NCBI GenBank assembly: GCA_964359735.1
Contig: CAYHTZ010000003.1
Location: 21,993-85,992 of the forward strand
DNA length: 64,000 nucleotides
Reading direction: 5' to 3'
Source of the DNA: an uncultured Candidatus Saccharibacteria bacterium
GTDB taxonomy: Bacteria > Patescibacteriota > Andersenbacteria > UBA10190
Each line of letters opens with the position of its first letter. Within the stretch, counting starts at the first letter, position 1. The position numbers and the translations under genes are program-made. The notes beneath the pieces are model-generated. The model had not been told where the DNA came from and did no database searches. It saw nothing but the letters and a program-made list of their open reading frames with translations. Shown here piece after piece: positions 27,984 to 36,324 of this stretch.

Positions 27984-28404
27984 CGACCACCAGAAACAGA
28001 GAATTCTGGGCTTTCTCAAACATCACCAGATAGGTGTAATTGCCACTACCAAGAGCGGTTTGCAGCCAGAAGCGGCGGCGGTTGAATATGGAGAAACAGA
28101 AGACTTGGAACTTATCATTGATACGTTTGTGAATTCCCGAAAATGGGGGAATATCCAGAAAAATCCCCGGGTAGCCTTTGTCGTTGGTTGGGATCAAGAT
28201 ATTACAGTGCAATACGAAGGCAGGGTAACTCAATTGCAGGGTGAAGAGCTTACGAAGAGTAAGAATACTTACTTTGCGAAAAATCCACGCGCTCAAAAAT
28301 GGGAAGGGAGAGAAGGGGTTATATATTTCAAGATTGTTCCCACCTGGATTCGCTATACAGATACAAATAAGAATCCTTGGGAAATATTTGAACTCACCTT
28401 TTAG
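27961..28404 (+). CDS. Pyridoxamine 5'-phosphate oxidase-like FMN-binding split-barrel protein
   Basis: 'ILGFLKHHQIGVIATTKSGLQPEAAAVEYGE...NPRVAFVVGWD' typical PNPOx-like family pattern. 147 aa. Confidence 0.7.
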   Translation: MPLNTVDNDHQKQRILGFLKHHQIGVIATTKSGLQPEAAAVEYGETEDLELIIDTFVNSRKWGNIQKNPRVAFVVGWDQDITVQYEGRVTQLQGEELTKSKNTYFAKNPRAQKWEGREGVIYFKIVPTWIRYTDTNKNPWEIFELTF

Positions 28405-28415
28405 AACTCATCAAT

Positions 28416-28441
28416 CTCTCCATAGATCGATCTATGGAGAG
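28416..28441. promoter_or_regulatory. 26-bp perfect palindrome CTCTCCATAGATCGATCTATGGAGAG (copy 2 of 3)
   Basis: Read directly. Lies between convergent stops of the PNPOx-like gene (28404) and the TrpR/YerC-like gene (28432-28434, overlapping). Could act as a bidirectional hairpin or second operator. Confidence 0.45.
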
Positions 28442-28884
28442 GCTCTGCGAGAGCCGACCACAGATTCGGAAATGCCGCGAGTGATGAGATCAATAATCAG
28501 CCAGCGTGGATCGCGATGTCGGAGACGGGGAATGAGGTTACGCCTGTGCTGCTCACGCCACTTCTCATCACGCCGTTGCCTAGCACGGATTTCGTGATAG
28601 TCGCGTACAACATGCTTAAGCCAGCCATCAACTGATTGAATAGTCGAAAAACCAATGCCAGTTTCTTCACGGACAGTATAGTACGACTTCCCCTGCAATA
28701 AGCCCTCAGCAGCCTGCAAACGGCGGCCAATCATGATGAGCTCGCTTGCTGTAAGCAGTCTCGACAAGAATTCGTATAACTCTTTTTTCGTCTTCAAGCC
28801 GTGGAGCGCTTCCACGAGAGGGTCAATAATCGCCTTCCGTTCTTTCATGCTCAGGGCGGCGTAATCAAACCGGGGCATACTCAT
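28432..28884 (-). CDS. TrpR/YerC/YecD-family DNA-binding protein (Trp-repressor-like HTH)
   Basis: 'LLTASELIMIGRRLQAAEGLLQGKSYYTVREETGIGFSTIQSV' matches the YerC/YecD TrpR-like HTH (LLTPxExxMxxxRLQxAxxLLxGxSYREIxxxTGxSxATISR). ATG 5 nt from the 28890-28909 palindrome. Confidence 0.75.
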   Translation of the reverse strand: MSMPRFDYAALSMKERKAIIDPLVEALHGLKTKKELYEFLSRLLTASELIMIGRRLQAAEGLLQGKSYYTVREETGIGFSTIQSVDGWLKHVVRDYHEIRARQRRDEKWREQHRRNLIPRLRHRDPRWLIIDLITRGISESVVGSRRASP

Positions 28885-28889
28885 ACCTT

Positions 28890-28909
28890 ACCATAGATCG
28901 ATCTATGGT
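28890..28909. promoter_or_regulatory. 20-bp perfect palindrome ACCATAGATCGATCTATGGT (copy 3 of 3) in the divergent promoter region
   Basis: Read directly. Sits between the divergent starts of the TrpR/YerC-like gene (28884, -) and the TIM-barrel gene (28951, +). Confidence 0.5.
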
Positions 28910-28950
28910 GATATGGACGAAGAGTCTGACATATCGTAGGTTAGATCTTT

Positions 28951-29874
28951 ATGATCATCGGATTCAAAACTGGGCCGAGGAATTGGGATGTGGCGCAAAA
29001 AATCGTGGAGGAAGACGGCGCCACTATGTGCGAAGCGTGGTTTAACGTGGGGAAAGAAAGTGAATACCAAGAAATGTTTGCCTGGCTGCAAGAGCACAGT
29101 GTGAAAATCGGGCTGCATCACTGGGGCCTGGCGCAGAAGGAATTTAAAACCAATCTCTCCACGAACAATTCGGCGGTGCGCAAAGAAAGCCTGGCACAGA
29201 TGAAACACACTATCGACATCGGTAAAGAAATTGGCGCAGCGTATGTGAATGTACACCCGGGGGCACGGTGGCTGGAACGGATTAATTTTTCCACGGATGA
29301 CCAAGAACGAGTAGAAGGAAGCGAAACTCCACCGGACGCAGCGCGGGACCTGCTGCTTGCCGGAGCAGCCGAGCTCAACTCTTATGCCGAAGAGCGTGCT
29401 GTATTGTTTACCGTAGAAACCTTGCCGGGAAGGGAAGCGTACAATTCTCTCAGGCGCGAGGGCATCTATGACTCAGGCAACCCTCCGCTGGCATGGATCG
29501 AAGAAATAGGTTCCCGCGGCGGATATGTTGCCAATGACATTACTCACAGCGCCTCGGTAGTAGCCTTGGCGGATAGCTCGCCGGCAGGCATGTGGCAGGG
29601 CCTGCTGGATTTCACCCGTCGCGTGGCTCCGCACACAAAACTCGTGCATGTGAACACGATGATCCCTCCTTTCGACGGCAGGGATTCTCATAATGGATTG
29701 CTGCCGGCCGATTTTTCCCAAGGCAGCGTTCCTACTCGCGAGCAAATCGTACAATTGCTCTCTTTATTCGCTCAACGAGACGACGTGTACGTTGTGCCGG
29801 AACCCCAAATTCAGTTTACCCGGGAAAACTTCCTGGCACTCAAGGAAATTGCCGAAGAGGCCAAAGTCGCTTAG
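28951..29874 (+). CDS. Sugar phosphate isomerase/epimerase-like (xylose isomerase-like TIM barrel) protein, putative
   Basis: 'MIIGFKTGPRNW...VKIGLHHWGL...NLSTNNSAVRKESLAQMKHTIDIGKEIGAAYVNVHPG' resembles the AP-endonuclease-2/xylose-isomerase-like TIM-barrel family. Family assignment from pattern only. Confidence 0.5.
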   Translation: MIIGFKTGPRNWDVAQKIVEEDGATMCEAWFNVGKESEYQEMFAWLQEHSVKIGLHHWGLAQKEFKTNLSTNNSAVRKESLAQMKHTIDIGKEIGAAYVNVHPGARWLERINFSTDDQERVEGSETPPDAARDLLLAGAAELNSYAEERAVLFTVETLPGREAYNSLRREGIYDSGNPPLAWIEEIGSRGGYVANDITHSASVVALADSSPAGMWQGLLDFTRRVAPHTKLVHVNTMIPPFDGRDSHNGLLPADFSQGSVPTREQIVQLLSLFAQRDDVYVVPEPQIQFTRENFLALKEIAEEAKVA

Positions 29875-29884
29875 GCTGGATTTT

Positions 29885-31213
29885 GTGACGCGCGAACGAA
29901 AACGACAACTCTTTAGCCTGCTTATCATAGGGATCCTCGCGGTCGTGGCCGTCTGGTTTAACACTCCTTGGCGGCCGCAGGTACAGATAGGCTCATTTGA
30001 ACGGGATTTAAGCCTCCGGTTAGGCCTTGATCTCCAAGGAGGGTCCCACCTGATCTACCGCGCGGATATTAAGGGGGTTCCTGAAGCAGAAATCGAAGAG
30101 GCGGTCGCGGGCGTGCGCGATGTGATTGAGCGCCGGGTGAACGCGTTTGGCATTTCAGAGCCTATTGTCCAGACCAGTAAGGTGGGTGAGGAGCGGCGGA
30201 TTGTGGTAGAGCTGGCGGGGGTACATAACCCTGAGACAGCGATATCTCTCATCGGGGCTACCCCCCAGCTCGACTTCCGCAAAGAAGTATCCGCCACCGT
30301 CAATGTGGATGACCAAACCGGCATCACGGGGCCAACCTTTGAGCGGACAGCGCTCACGGGCCGGCACCTGAAACGAGCCACGGTGGATTTCGACCAGGTA
30401 CTGGGGGCTCCGCAGGTGGGACTCGAGTTTGATGGCGAGGGCAGCGACCTCTTTGCCGCCTTAACTCGGGAAAGCGTCGGGAAGCGGGTAGCTATCTACC
30501 TAGATGGCATTCCCATTAGCGCCCCAGTGGTACAAACAGAAATCACAAACGGCCAAGCCATCATCAGCGGGGGATTCTCTTTGGAAGAAGCCAAACAGCT
30601 GGCCCGCAACTTGCGCGCCGGGGCACTGCCTGTCCCGATTGAACTGATTGGGCAGCAAACGATTGGCCCGACTTTGGGGCGGCTTTCGATACAGGAGAGC
30701 ATTGCCGCCGGGCTGTTGGGGCTTATCGCCGTAGCCGCTTGGATGATAACGTTTTACCGTCTGCCGGGACTCATTGCCTCGATAGCATTGGTGTTATATG
30801 CCGTGTTCTTCTTGGCCATCATTCGGGCGCTTGGAGTAACCATGACACTGGCAGGGGTGGCTGGTTTCATTCTGTCGATTGGAATGGCGGTAGACGCCAA
30901 CGTGCTCATCTTTGAACGCCTCCGAGAAAACCTCCGGGCAGGCAAGACTATTCGCTACGCGCTGACCGACGGCTTTCGAGAAGCGTGGAGCTCAATCCGG
31001 GACTCCAATGTGACTGGGCTGCTGTCGGCCATCATTATGTATTACTTTGGGTCATCGATCATCCGAGGTTTTGCCGTGACGCTGGCGATTGGCACCCTCC
31101 TTTCTATGTTCACGGCTATTACGATAACGCGTGCCTTGCTCCACCTGGTTATGGCCTGGAAGGCAACACACCGTCCCTTCTTACTCGCAGTGAAAAGCAT
31201 GAAAGCGCTATGA
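29885..31213 (+). CDS. secD: Protein translocase subunit SecD
   Basis: 'LGLDLQGGSHLIYRAD' SecD signature, RND-like C-terminal 6-TM bundle. Start assigned to GTG 29885, the first candidate after the upstream stop at 29874. The ORF-track start 29693 overlaps the previous gene. Confidence 0.85.
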   Translation: MTRERKRQLFSLLIIGILAVVAVWFNTPWRPQVQIGSFERDLSLRLGLDLQGGSHLIYRADIKGVPEAEIEEAVAGVRDVIERRVNAFGISEPIVQTSKVGEERRIVVELAGVHNPETAISLIGATPQLDFRKEVSATVNVDDQTGITGPTFERTALTGRHLKRATVDFDQVLGAPQVGLEFDGEGSDLFAALTRESVGKRVAIYLDGIPISAPVVQTEITNGQAIISGGFSLEEAKQLARNLRAGALPVPIELIGQQTIGPTLGRLSIQESIAAGLLGLIAVAAWMITFYRLPGLIASIALVLYAVFFLAIIRALGVTMTLAGVAGFILSIGMAVDANVLIFERLRENLRAGKTIRYALTDGFREAWSSIRDSNVTGLLSAIIMYYFGSSIIRGFAVTLAIGTLLSMFTAITITRALLHLVMAWKATHRPFLLAVKSMKAL

Positions 31214-32079
31214 TTGTGAACCCAAAACTCTGGTTCTGGATTTCCCTGATTACCATTGCAGCCAGTGTTCTCATTATCGTTTTGGTCCGCCCGCTGTGGG
31301 GTATTGATTTCGTGGGCGGTTCGCTGCTTGAGGTTAAAGCTCCCGAAGAAAACTTGGAAAAGGTACAGGTACTGCTGGAGGACACGTTCAGTATTAGCTC
31401 GACTATTCAACCCACCCCGGAAGGCACACTCATTATTCGCACTCCCGTACTCACGAGCGAGCAGCATCAAAAAATCCTCGGGGCGCTGACTGCCGAAGGG
31501 TTAGCAGAAGAGGAACTTCGCTTCGAAGCGGCCGGGCCCACCATCGGAGCGGCGCTGCGCCGGCAGGCCATCGTGGCGCTGGTTCTCTCGATTGTACTGA
31601 TGATTGCCTACCTGGCTTACACATTCCGGGGAGCCGCCGGCCTCACCAACCCATGGAAGTTCGGCGTGGCTGCGGTGTATGCGGTGCTCCATGATTTACT
31701 TTTAGTCACTGCCATATTTGCACTGCTGGGAAAAACCTGGAACGTGCCGGTAGACTCCTTATTTGTGACGGCGCTCCTGGCTATTTTCGGCTATTCCGTT
31801 AACGACACCATCGTACTTTTCAACCGTATGGCCACCAATTGGGTAGCTCGTCGCAGCGGCAACCTGCTGACGAACATCGACCAGGCCATCCGGGAGACGC
31901 TGATGCGTTCCATTAATACTTCTATGACCATTTTGCTTGTGCTGGTGACCATGCTCCTCTTCGGAGGGACAACGCTGCGCTGGTTCGTGGTGGCTCTCAC
32001 CCTAGGCACCATTACGGGGGCATACTCCACTATTTTTGTAGCGACGCCATGTCTCTACTATCTGACGAAGCGGCGATAG
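31210..32079 (+). CDS. secF: Protein translocase subunit SecF
   Basis: 'MIVNPKLWFWISLITIAASVLIIVLVRPLWGIDFVGGSLLEV' is the SecF N-terminus, followed by a 6-TM domain. ATGA overlap with secD. Confidence 0.9.
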   Translation: MIVNPKLWFWISLITIAASVLIIVLVRPLWGIDFVGGSLLEVKAPEENLEKVQVLLEDTFSISSTIQPTPEGTLIIRTPVLTSEQHQKILGALTAEGLAEEELRFEAAGPTIGAALRRQAIVALVLSIVLMIAYLAYTFRGAAGLTNPWKFGVAAVYAVLHDLLLVTAIFALLGKTWNVPVDSLFVTALLAIFGYSVNDTIVLFNRMATNWVARRSGNLLTNIDQAIRETLMRSINTSMTILLVLVTMLLFGGTTLRWFVVALTLGTITGAYSTIFVATPCLYYLTKRR

Positions 32080-32741
32080 AAAAAAACAATACGTGGTTGC
32101 ACGAGTGGTTTAAAAGGAGCACGCAGGCACCGGCGCTCCTCATTGTAGGAGAGTGGGAAGGCCTCTCAGAAGGACCAGTGGCTGCCCTACCTACTCAAGA
32201 CCGCTACCTTCTCGAAACCTCTCGCCGGTCCATTAGTATTGAGGATATACGTAACCTGATTCGAGCTAGCATCAGCACGACACCTTTTGGCAAGCGGCTC
32301 ATTATTATTCCAGACTGCGAACGCCTCTCCTTACCGGCTGCCCAGGCTTTACTCAAATTTTTAGAAGAGCCAACGGCGGGAAATCGAGTACTGCTCACCA
32401 CCCGTTTCCCTCGCCGGCTACTCCCCACCATCCGCTCCCGCGTCGATATTCTCCGTTTCAAACAGCTTGAGCGTAGGAGACCTGAGGCGCCGGAAGTGCG
32501 TATTGACCCGGCCGAGCTCATGACTGCGAAGAGCCGCCGGCCTCTCACCGAAGAGGAACTCACCTACATCGGCCAGGTGATAGATGTCCACCTCGCTCGC
32601 GGCGGGAATGTCGGTCCCATTTACCGCGCGCTGCTGCGGCTGCGAGATTACTACAAGATCCGGGCGGCGGGTGGAAACGAAAAGTTAGCTGCAGATGTTC
32701 TCCTGGCGAGTTTGCTTGAACTTGGACATGAAACACGATAA
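32049..32741 (+). CDS. holB: DNA polymerase III delta' subunit-like clamp-loader protein (short)
   Basis: 'AAQALLKFLEEPTAGNRVLLTT...LLPTIRSRV' matches clamp-loader sensor-1/SRC motifs (NALLKTLEEP...TIRSRC). No Walker A, consistent with delta'. Confidence 0.6.
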   Translation: MSLLSDEAAIEKNNTWLHEWFKRSTQAPALLIVGEWEGLSEGPVAALPTQDRYLLETSRRSISIEDIRNLIRASISTTPFGKRLIIIPDCERLSLPAAQALLKFLEEPTAGNRVLLTTRFPRRLLPTIRSRVDILRFKQLERRRPEAPEVRIDPAELMTAKSRRPLTEEELTYIGQVIDVHLARGGNVGPIYRALLRLRDYYKIRAAGGNEKLAADVLLASLLELGHETR

Positions 32742-32744
32742 CTT

Positions 32745-33311
32745 TTGACTATGCCGCTCCAGGATGCATACGATATGTTTAACCTAGGGAAGGAAGAGGC
32801 TTTGGAGTGGTTTCAGCTAGAAACTGTGAGCTTGCGCAGCGGACGAGTGAAGCCGGACCTGGTCACGAAGCTCCAAGTTGAACATTACGGCACTCGCAAT
32901 CCGCTGCAGAGTCTGGCGGGTATTTCCAGCATTGATGCACGCACGTTAGCCATTTCCCCGTATGACCCGGGAACTATTCGAGCGATCGAGAAGGCACTTG
33001 CTGATGCCGACCTCGGCGTTAACCCGACCGTTGACGGCCAAATCATACGCTTGTCATTTCCATCACTTACCGAAGAGGTGCGCGAACGCACAGTCAAGCA
33101 GCTGCATAAGAAGGCGGAAGAGGCGAGAGTGAGACTCAGGCAAGCGCGGGATGAGGCCTTAAAAATGGTGCGTGAAGAAAAAGAAGCTAGCACCATTACG
33201 GAGGACGATTTTTACAACGGAAAAGAAAAGTTGGATGAGATGATTCAGGCCGCCAACGAAGAGATCGAGCAGCTGATGCAAAAAAAGGAAGAAGAAGTAC
33301 GCGCGGTATAA
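32745..33311 (+). CDS. frr: Ribosome recycling factor
   Basis: 188 aa 'VSLRSGRVKPDLVTKLQVEHYGTRNPLQSLAGISSIDARTLAISPYDPGTIRAIEKA...LTEEVRERTVKQLHKKAEEARVRLRQAR'. Confidence 0.9.
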   Translation: MTMPLQDAYDMFNLGKEEALEWFQLETVSLRSGRVKPDLVTKLQVEHYGTRNPLQSLAGISSIDARTLAISPYDPGTIRAIEKALADADLGVNPTVDGQIIRLSFPSLTEEVRERTVKQLHKKAEEARVRLRQARDEALKMVREEKEASTITEDDFYNGKEKLDEMIQAANEEIEQLMQKKEEEVRAV

Positions 33312-33352
33312 GGCCCTAGCGGATTCATGAGTTTGCCAGTAGGATAGAGGGC

Positions 33353-34429
33353 ATGTTATTCGTGACCATCATTGTTTTTGCAGTTCTCCTCTTGGCCCTC
33401 GTTCTTGTACACGAGTGGGGGCATTTAATTGTGGCGAAAAAGGCGGGCTGTACCGTAGAGGAATTCGGGTTTGGGTTTCCACCCAGGATTTTATCAAAAG
33501 TGTGGCACGGTACGCGCTACTCGCTGAACCTGCTGCCGATCGGTGGGTTCGTAAAAATTGAAGGGGAAGATATGCAGGACCCGAATCCGGGACCGGAGAG
33601 CTTTGCCACTAAATCAGCGGGATGGAGAATCGCCATTCTGGCAGCGGGGGTTACGGCTAACGTGGCTCTTGCCATTGTCTTGCTTTCTCTCCAAGCGGGA
33701 ATAGGCATGCCGACGCTGGTGACAGCAGAAAATGGGCGCGAACTCACCGATTTAAAAACATACATTCTGAAGGTGGCTCCCGGCTCTCCGGCGGTGGAGG
33801 CTGGCATCAAAGAACTGGACAGAATTGTGCGCGTCAATGAAGCACCCAATCCATCAATTGAACAGGTGCAAGCGGCTATCGCCGCGGCCAAGGGAAAAGA
33901 AGTAGTGGTAGAGGTAGAGCGGCAGGGCCAGCATAAAATAGTCACGGTACACCCACGCGAGAATCCGCCGCCGGGAGAAGGCCCGATGGGCATTAGCTTA
34001 GGAGCAGCGGGACTGGCCCGTGCTCCTTGGTGGCAAGCACCATTTATCGGTTTACAACGAACCGGGGAAATGTTGGTGGCTATCATTGCTCAATTCTCCG
34101 CCATCATTTCCCGTCTCGTGACCAGCGGGAGCGTAGGCGAAACGCTGACCGGGCCGATTGGGATAGCTGTCTACACCAACGAAGCGACCCAAATGGGTTT
34201 GCCGTATATCCTTGAATTCGGCGCACTGATTAGCCTTAACTTGGCTTTAATCAACATTTTGCCGCTACCGGCGCTGGACGGGGGGAGGATTCTCTTTGTA
34301 GTGTTAGAGAAGATCGCCGGTAGGCGGTTTCCTGGCAAGATCGAGCAAGTGACACACACGATAGGATTTGTGCTTCTCATTTTGCTGATGGTGCTCATTA
34401 CATTCCGTGATGTTCAGCGGTTCTTCTAG
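33353..34429 (+). CDS. rseP: RIP metalloprotease RseP (site-2 protease, M50 family, with PDZ domain)
   Basis: 'LVHEWGHLIVAKKAG' HExxH. PDZ-like 'ILKVAPGSPAVEAGIKELDRIVRVNE'. C-terminal 'LNLALINILPLPALDGG' LDG motif. Confidence 0.85.
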   Translation: MLFVTIIVFAVLLLALVLVHEWGHLIVAKKAGCTVEEFGFGFPPRILSKVWHGTRYSLNLLPIGGFVKIEGEDMQDPNPGPESFATKSAGWRIAILAAGVTANVALAIVLLSLQAGIGMPTLVTAENGRELTDLKTYILKVAPGSPAVEAGIKELDRIVRVNEAPNPSIEQVQAAIAAAKGKEVVVEVERQGQHKIVTVHPRENPPPGEGPMGISLGAAGLARAPWWQAPFIGLQRTGEMLVAIIAQFSAIISRLVTSGSVGETLTGPIGIAVYTNEATQMGLPYILEFGALISLNLALINILPLPALDGGRILFVVLEKIAGRRFPGKIEQVTHTIGFVLLILLMVLITFRDVQRFF

Positions 34430-34584
34430 CGCGAGTATTATTGTGTTCTCGGACACGCGTCGGCCGCCCAGCGGGCGAGCCGCGCTCGTTCTCAGCTCGC
34501 CACTGTCAAGCAACATGCCTTGACAGACCCTGCTGGCTTCGCTTCCGTGCGGTCCTCGAACACAACATTACTCGCTTAAAACTT
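34430..34584 (+). promoter_or_regulatory. 155-nt GC-rich structured leader upstream of proS (multiple hairpins; not a T-box)
   Basis: Stems seen: GGCGAGC...GCTCGCC (7 bp) and CTGTCAAG-caacatgc-CTTGACAG (8 bp). No ORF. Function unknown. Confidence 0.25.
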
Positions 34585-36294
34585 ATGCGATACTCTCAAT
34601 TCTTCTTAAAAACGAGCAAAGACGCCAAGGAGTTCGACTCCGTAAATGCCACGCTACTCCAAAAGGGCGGCTTTATTCACCAAACCATGGCCGGCGTGTA
34701 CACGTTTTTGCCGCTGGGACTGCGCGTACTTAACAAAATTGAAAATATTGTGCGCGAGGAAATGGATAAACTGGGCAGTGAACTCCTGATGCCGGCGCTC
34801 TCCCCCAAAGAGTTGTGGCAAACAACCGGTCGGCTAGAAACGGTTGACGTTCTATTCGAAGCGCGCGGAGCAAACGAGGCTTCGCGTAAGAAAAATGATG
34901 CAAGCTATGTGCTGAACGCCACCCACGAGGATGTTTTAACGCCCATAGCGCAGCAGTTCAGGCCAAGTTATAAAGATTTGCCAGCAGCCGTATACCAGAT
35001 TCAGACAAAGTTTCGAAACGAACCCAGAGCTAAATCGGGGTTGCTTCGTGGCCGTGAGTTTCGCATGAAAGACCTATATTCTTTTCATGCTTCCGAAGAA
35101 GACTTCGAGGATTTCTACGAGAAAATGAAAGTTGCCTACACAAACACTTTTCAGCGCCTGGGAATAGGTAATGATACATATGTCGTGATGGCGTCGGGAG
35201 GTTCATTTTCGAAGCATTTTTCGCACGAATTCCAGACGAGGTGTGATACAGGCGAAGATGTTGTTTTCCATGCAATGACCGCAAATGTCCTATTTAACCG
35301 CGAAATTGCCCCCAGTCATGCTCCTCCGCTTACCCAACAAGGAGAAGCGGAATTGCCCATTCAGGAGGTTGAGGGAAAAGGCTTGATTGGCGTTGAGCCA
35401 CTGGCTGAGTATCTCAAGATTCCAGTAGAGAAGACTACAAAGACCATTTTGTTTGAAACTCAGGAAGGTGAGGTTATTGCGGCAGCTGTGCGAGGCACAT
35501 ACGAGATAAATGAAAATAAGTTGGAGAAAATTGTAGGGAAGGAATTTCGACTTGCGAGTCCAGAAACGGTGAAGCAAGTGACCGGCGCAGAGGTGGGCTA
35601 TGCTGGTCTACTTAATCTTCCTTCCGAAGTTCAAATCTATATGGACGAATCAGTAAAAGGTAGAAAAAATTTCGAGACAGGAGCCAATCGGACACACTAT
35701 CATACTATTAACGTAAACTTTGGTCGCGACCTCCCAGAACCTGATCAGTTTTACGATATCAAGGTTGCCCGAGAAGGAGATTTGCATCCGGAAACAGGTG
35801 AGGTATATGAGGTATTTCGAGCATCTGAAGTGGGTAACGTTTTTCGCTTGGGAACCAAGTTTACGGAGGCATTCGGCTATACATACACCGACGAGAAAGG
35901 AACGCAGCAGCCGGTGCTCATGGGATCATATGGAATCGGCACAAGTAGGATAATGGGCGTATTGGTGGAGAAGTTCCATGATGACAGAGGTATTATCTGG
36001 CCATCACAGGTAGCGCCGTTTCAGGTGTACTTGGCGGAGTTGAGCGCGGACCTGCTAGTTCAGCGGGCAGGCGCGAGCGCTTACGAGCAATTAACTAAGG
36101 CTGGAATCGAGGTACTGTATGACGACCGAAAAAACGCTTCAGCTGGCGAAAAATTGGCCGATGCTGACCTGCTCGGCATCCTATGGCGGCTGGTAGTGTC
36201 GAAAAAAACTGGCGATAAAGTTGAAGTAAAGAGGCGGACAGAGGATAGTGTAGAGATGATGGGGGTTAAAGAGTTCCTTCGCCATGCGTTTTAG
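34585..36294 (+). CDS. proS: Proline--tRNA ligase (archaeal/eukaryote-like short type, no INS editing domain)
   Basis: 'MRYSQFFLKTSKDAKEFDSVNATLLQKGGFIHQTMAGVYTFLPLGLRVLNKIENIVREEMDKLG' class II ProRS N-terminus. 569 aa from ATG 34585. Confidence 0.9.
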   Translation: MRYSQFFLKTSKDAKEFDSVNATLLQKGGFIHQTMAGVYTFLPLGLRVLNKIENIVREEMDKLGSELLMPALSPKELWQTTGRLETVDVLFEARGANEASRKKNDASYVLNATHEDVLTPIAQQFRPSYKDLPAAVYQIQTKFRNEPRAKSGLLRGREFRMKDLYSFHASEEDFEDFYEKMKVAYTNTFQRLGIGNDTYVVMASGGSFSKHFSHEFQTRCDTGEDVVFHAMTANVLFNREIAPSHAPPLTQQGEAELPIQEVEGKGLIGVEPLAEYLKIPVEKTTKTILFETQEGEVIAAAVRGTYEINENKLEKIVGKEFRLASPETVKQVTGAEVGYAGLLNLPSEVQIYMDESVKGRKNFETGANRTHYHTINVNFGRDLPEPDQFYDIKVAREGDLHPETGEVYEVFRASEVGNVFRLGTKFTEAFGYTYTDEKGTQQPVLMGSYGIGTSRIMGVLVEKFHDDRGIIWPSQVAPFQVYLAELSADLLVQRAGASAYEQLTKAGIEVLYDDRKNASAGEKLADADLLGILWRLVVSKKTGDKVEVKRRTEDSVEMMGVKEFLRHAF

Positions 36295-36324
36295 CGACCG
36301 CGTCCTGGTAAGTTTTCTCAGGAC

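Noticed and set aside
34430-34584. Possible T-box riboswitch upstream of proS
   Set aside because: No T-box consensus (AAUUAGGGUGGUACCGCG-like) and no specifier-loop/antiterminator arrangement. The region is too short (155 nt). Retained only as an unclassified structured leader.
36292-36294. Programmed TAG readthrough creating a ProRS-MreB fusion
   Set aside because: TAG is used as an ordinary stop elsewhere in the window (e.g. rpmJ). An in-frame arrangement can arise by chance (1 in 3). Kept only as a remote alternative to a non-canonical start or sequencing error.
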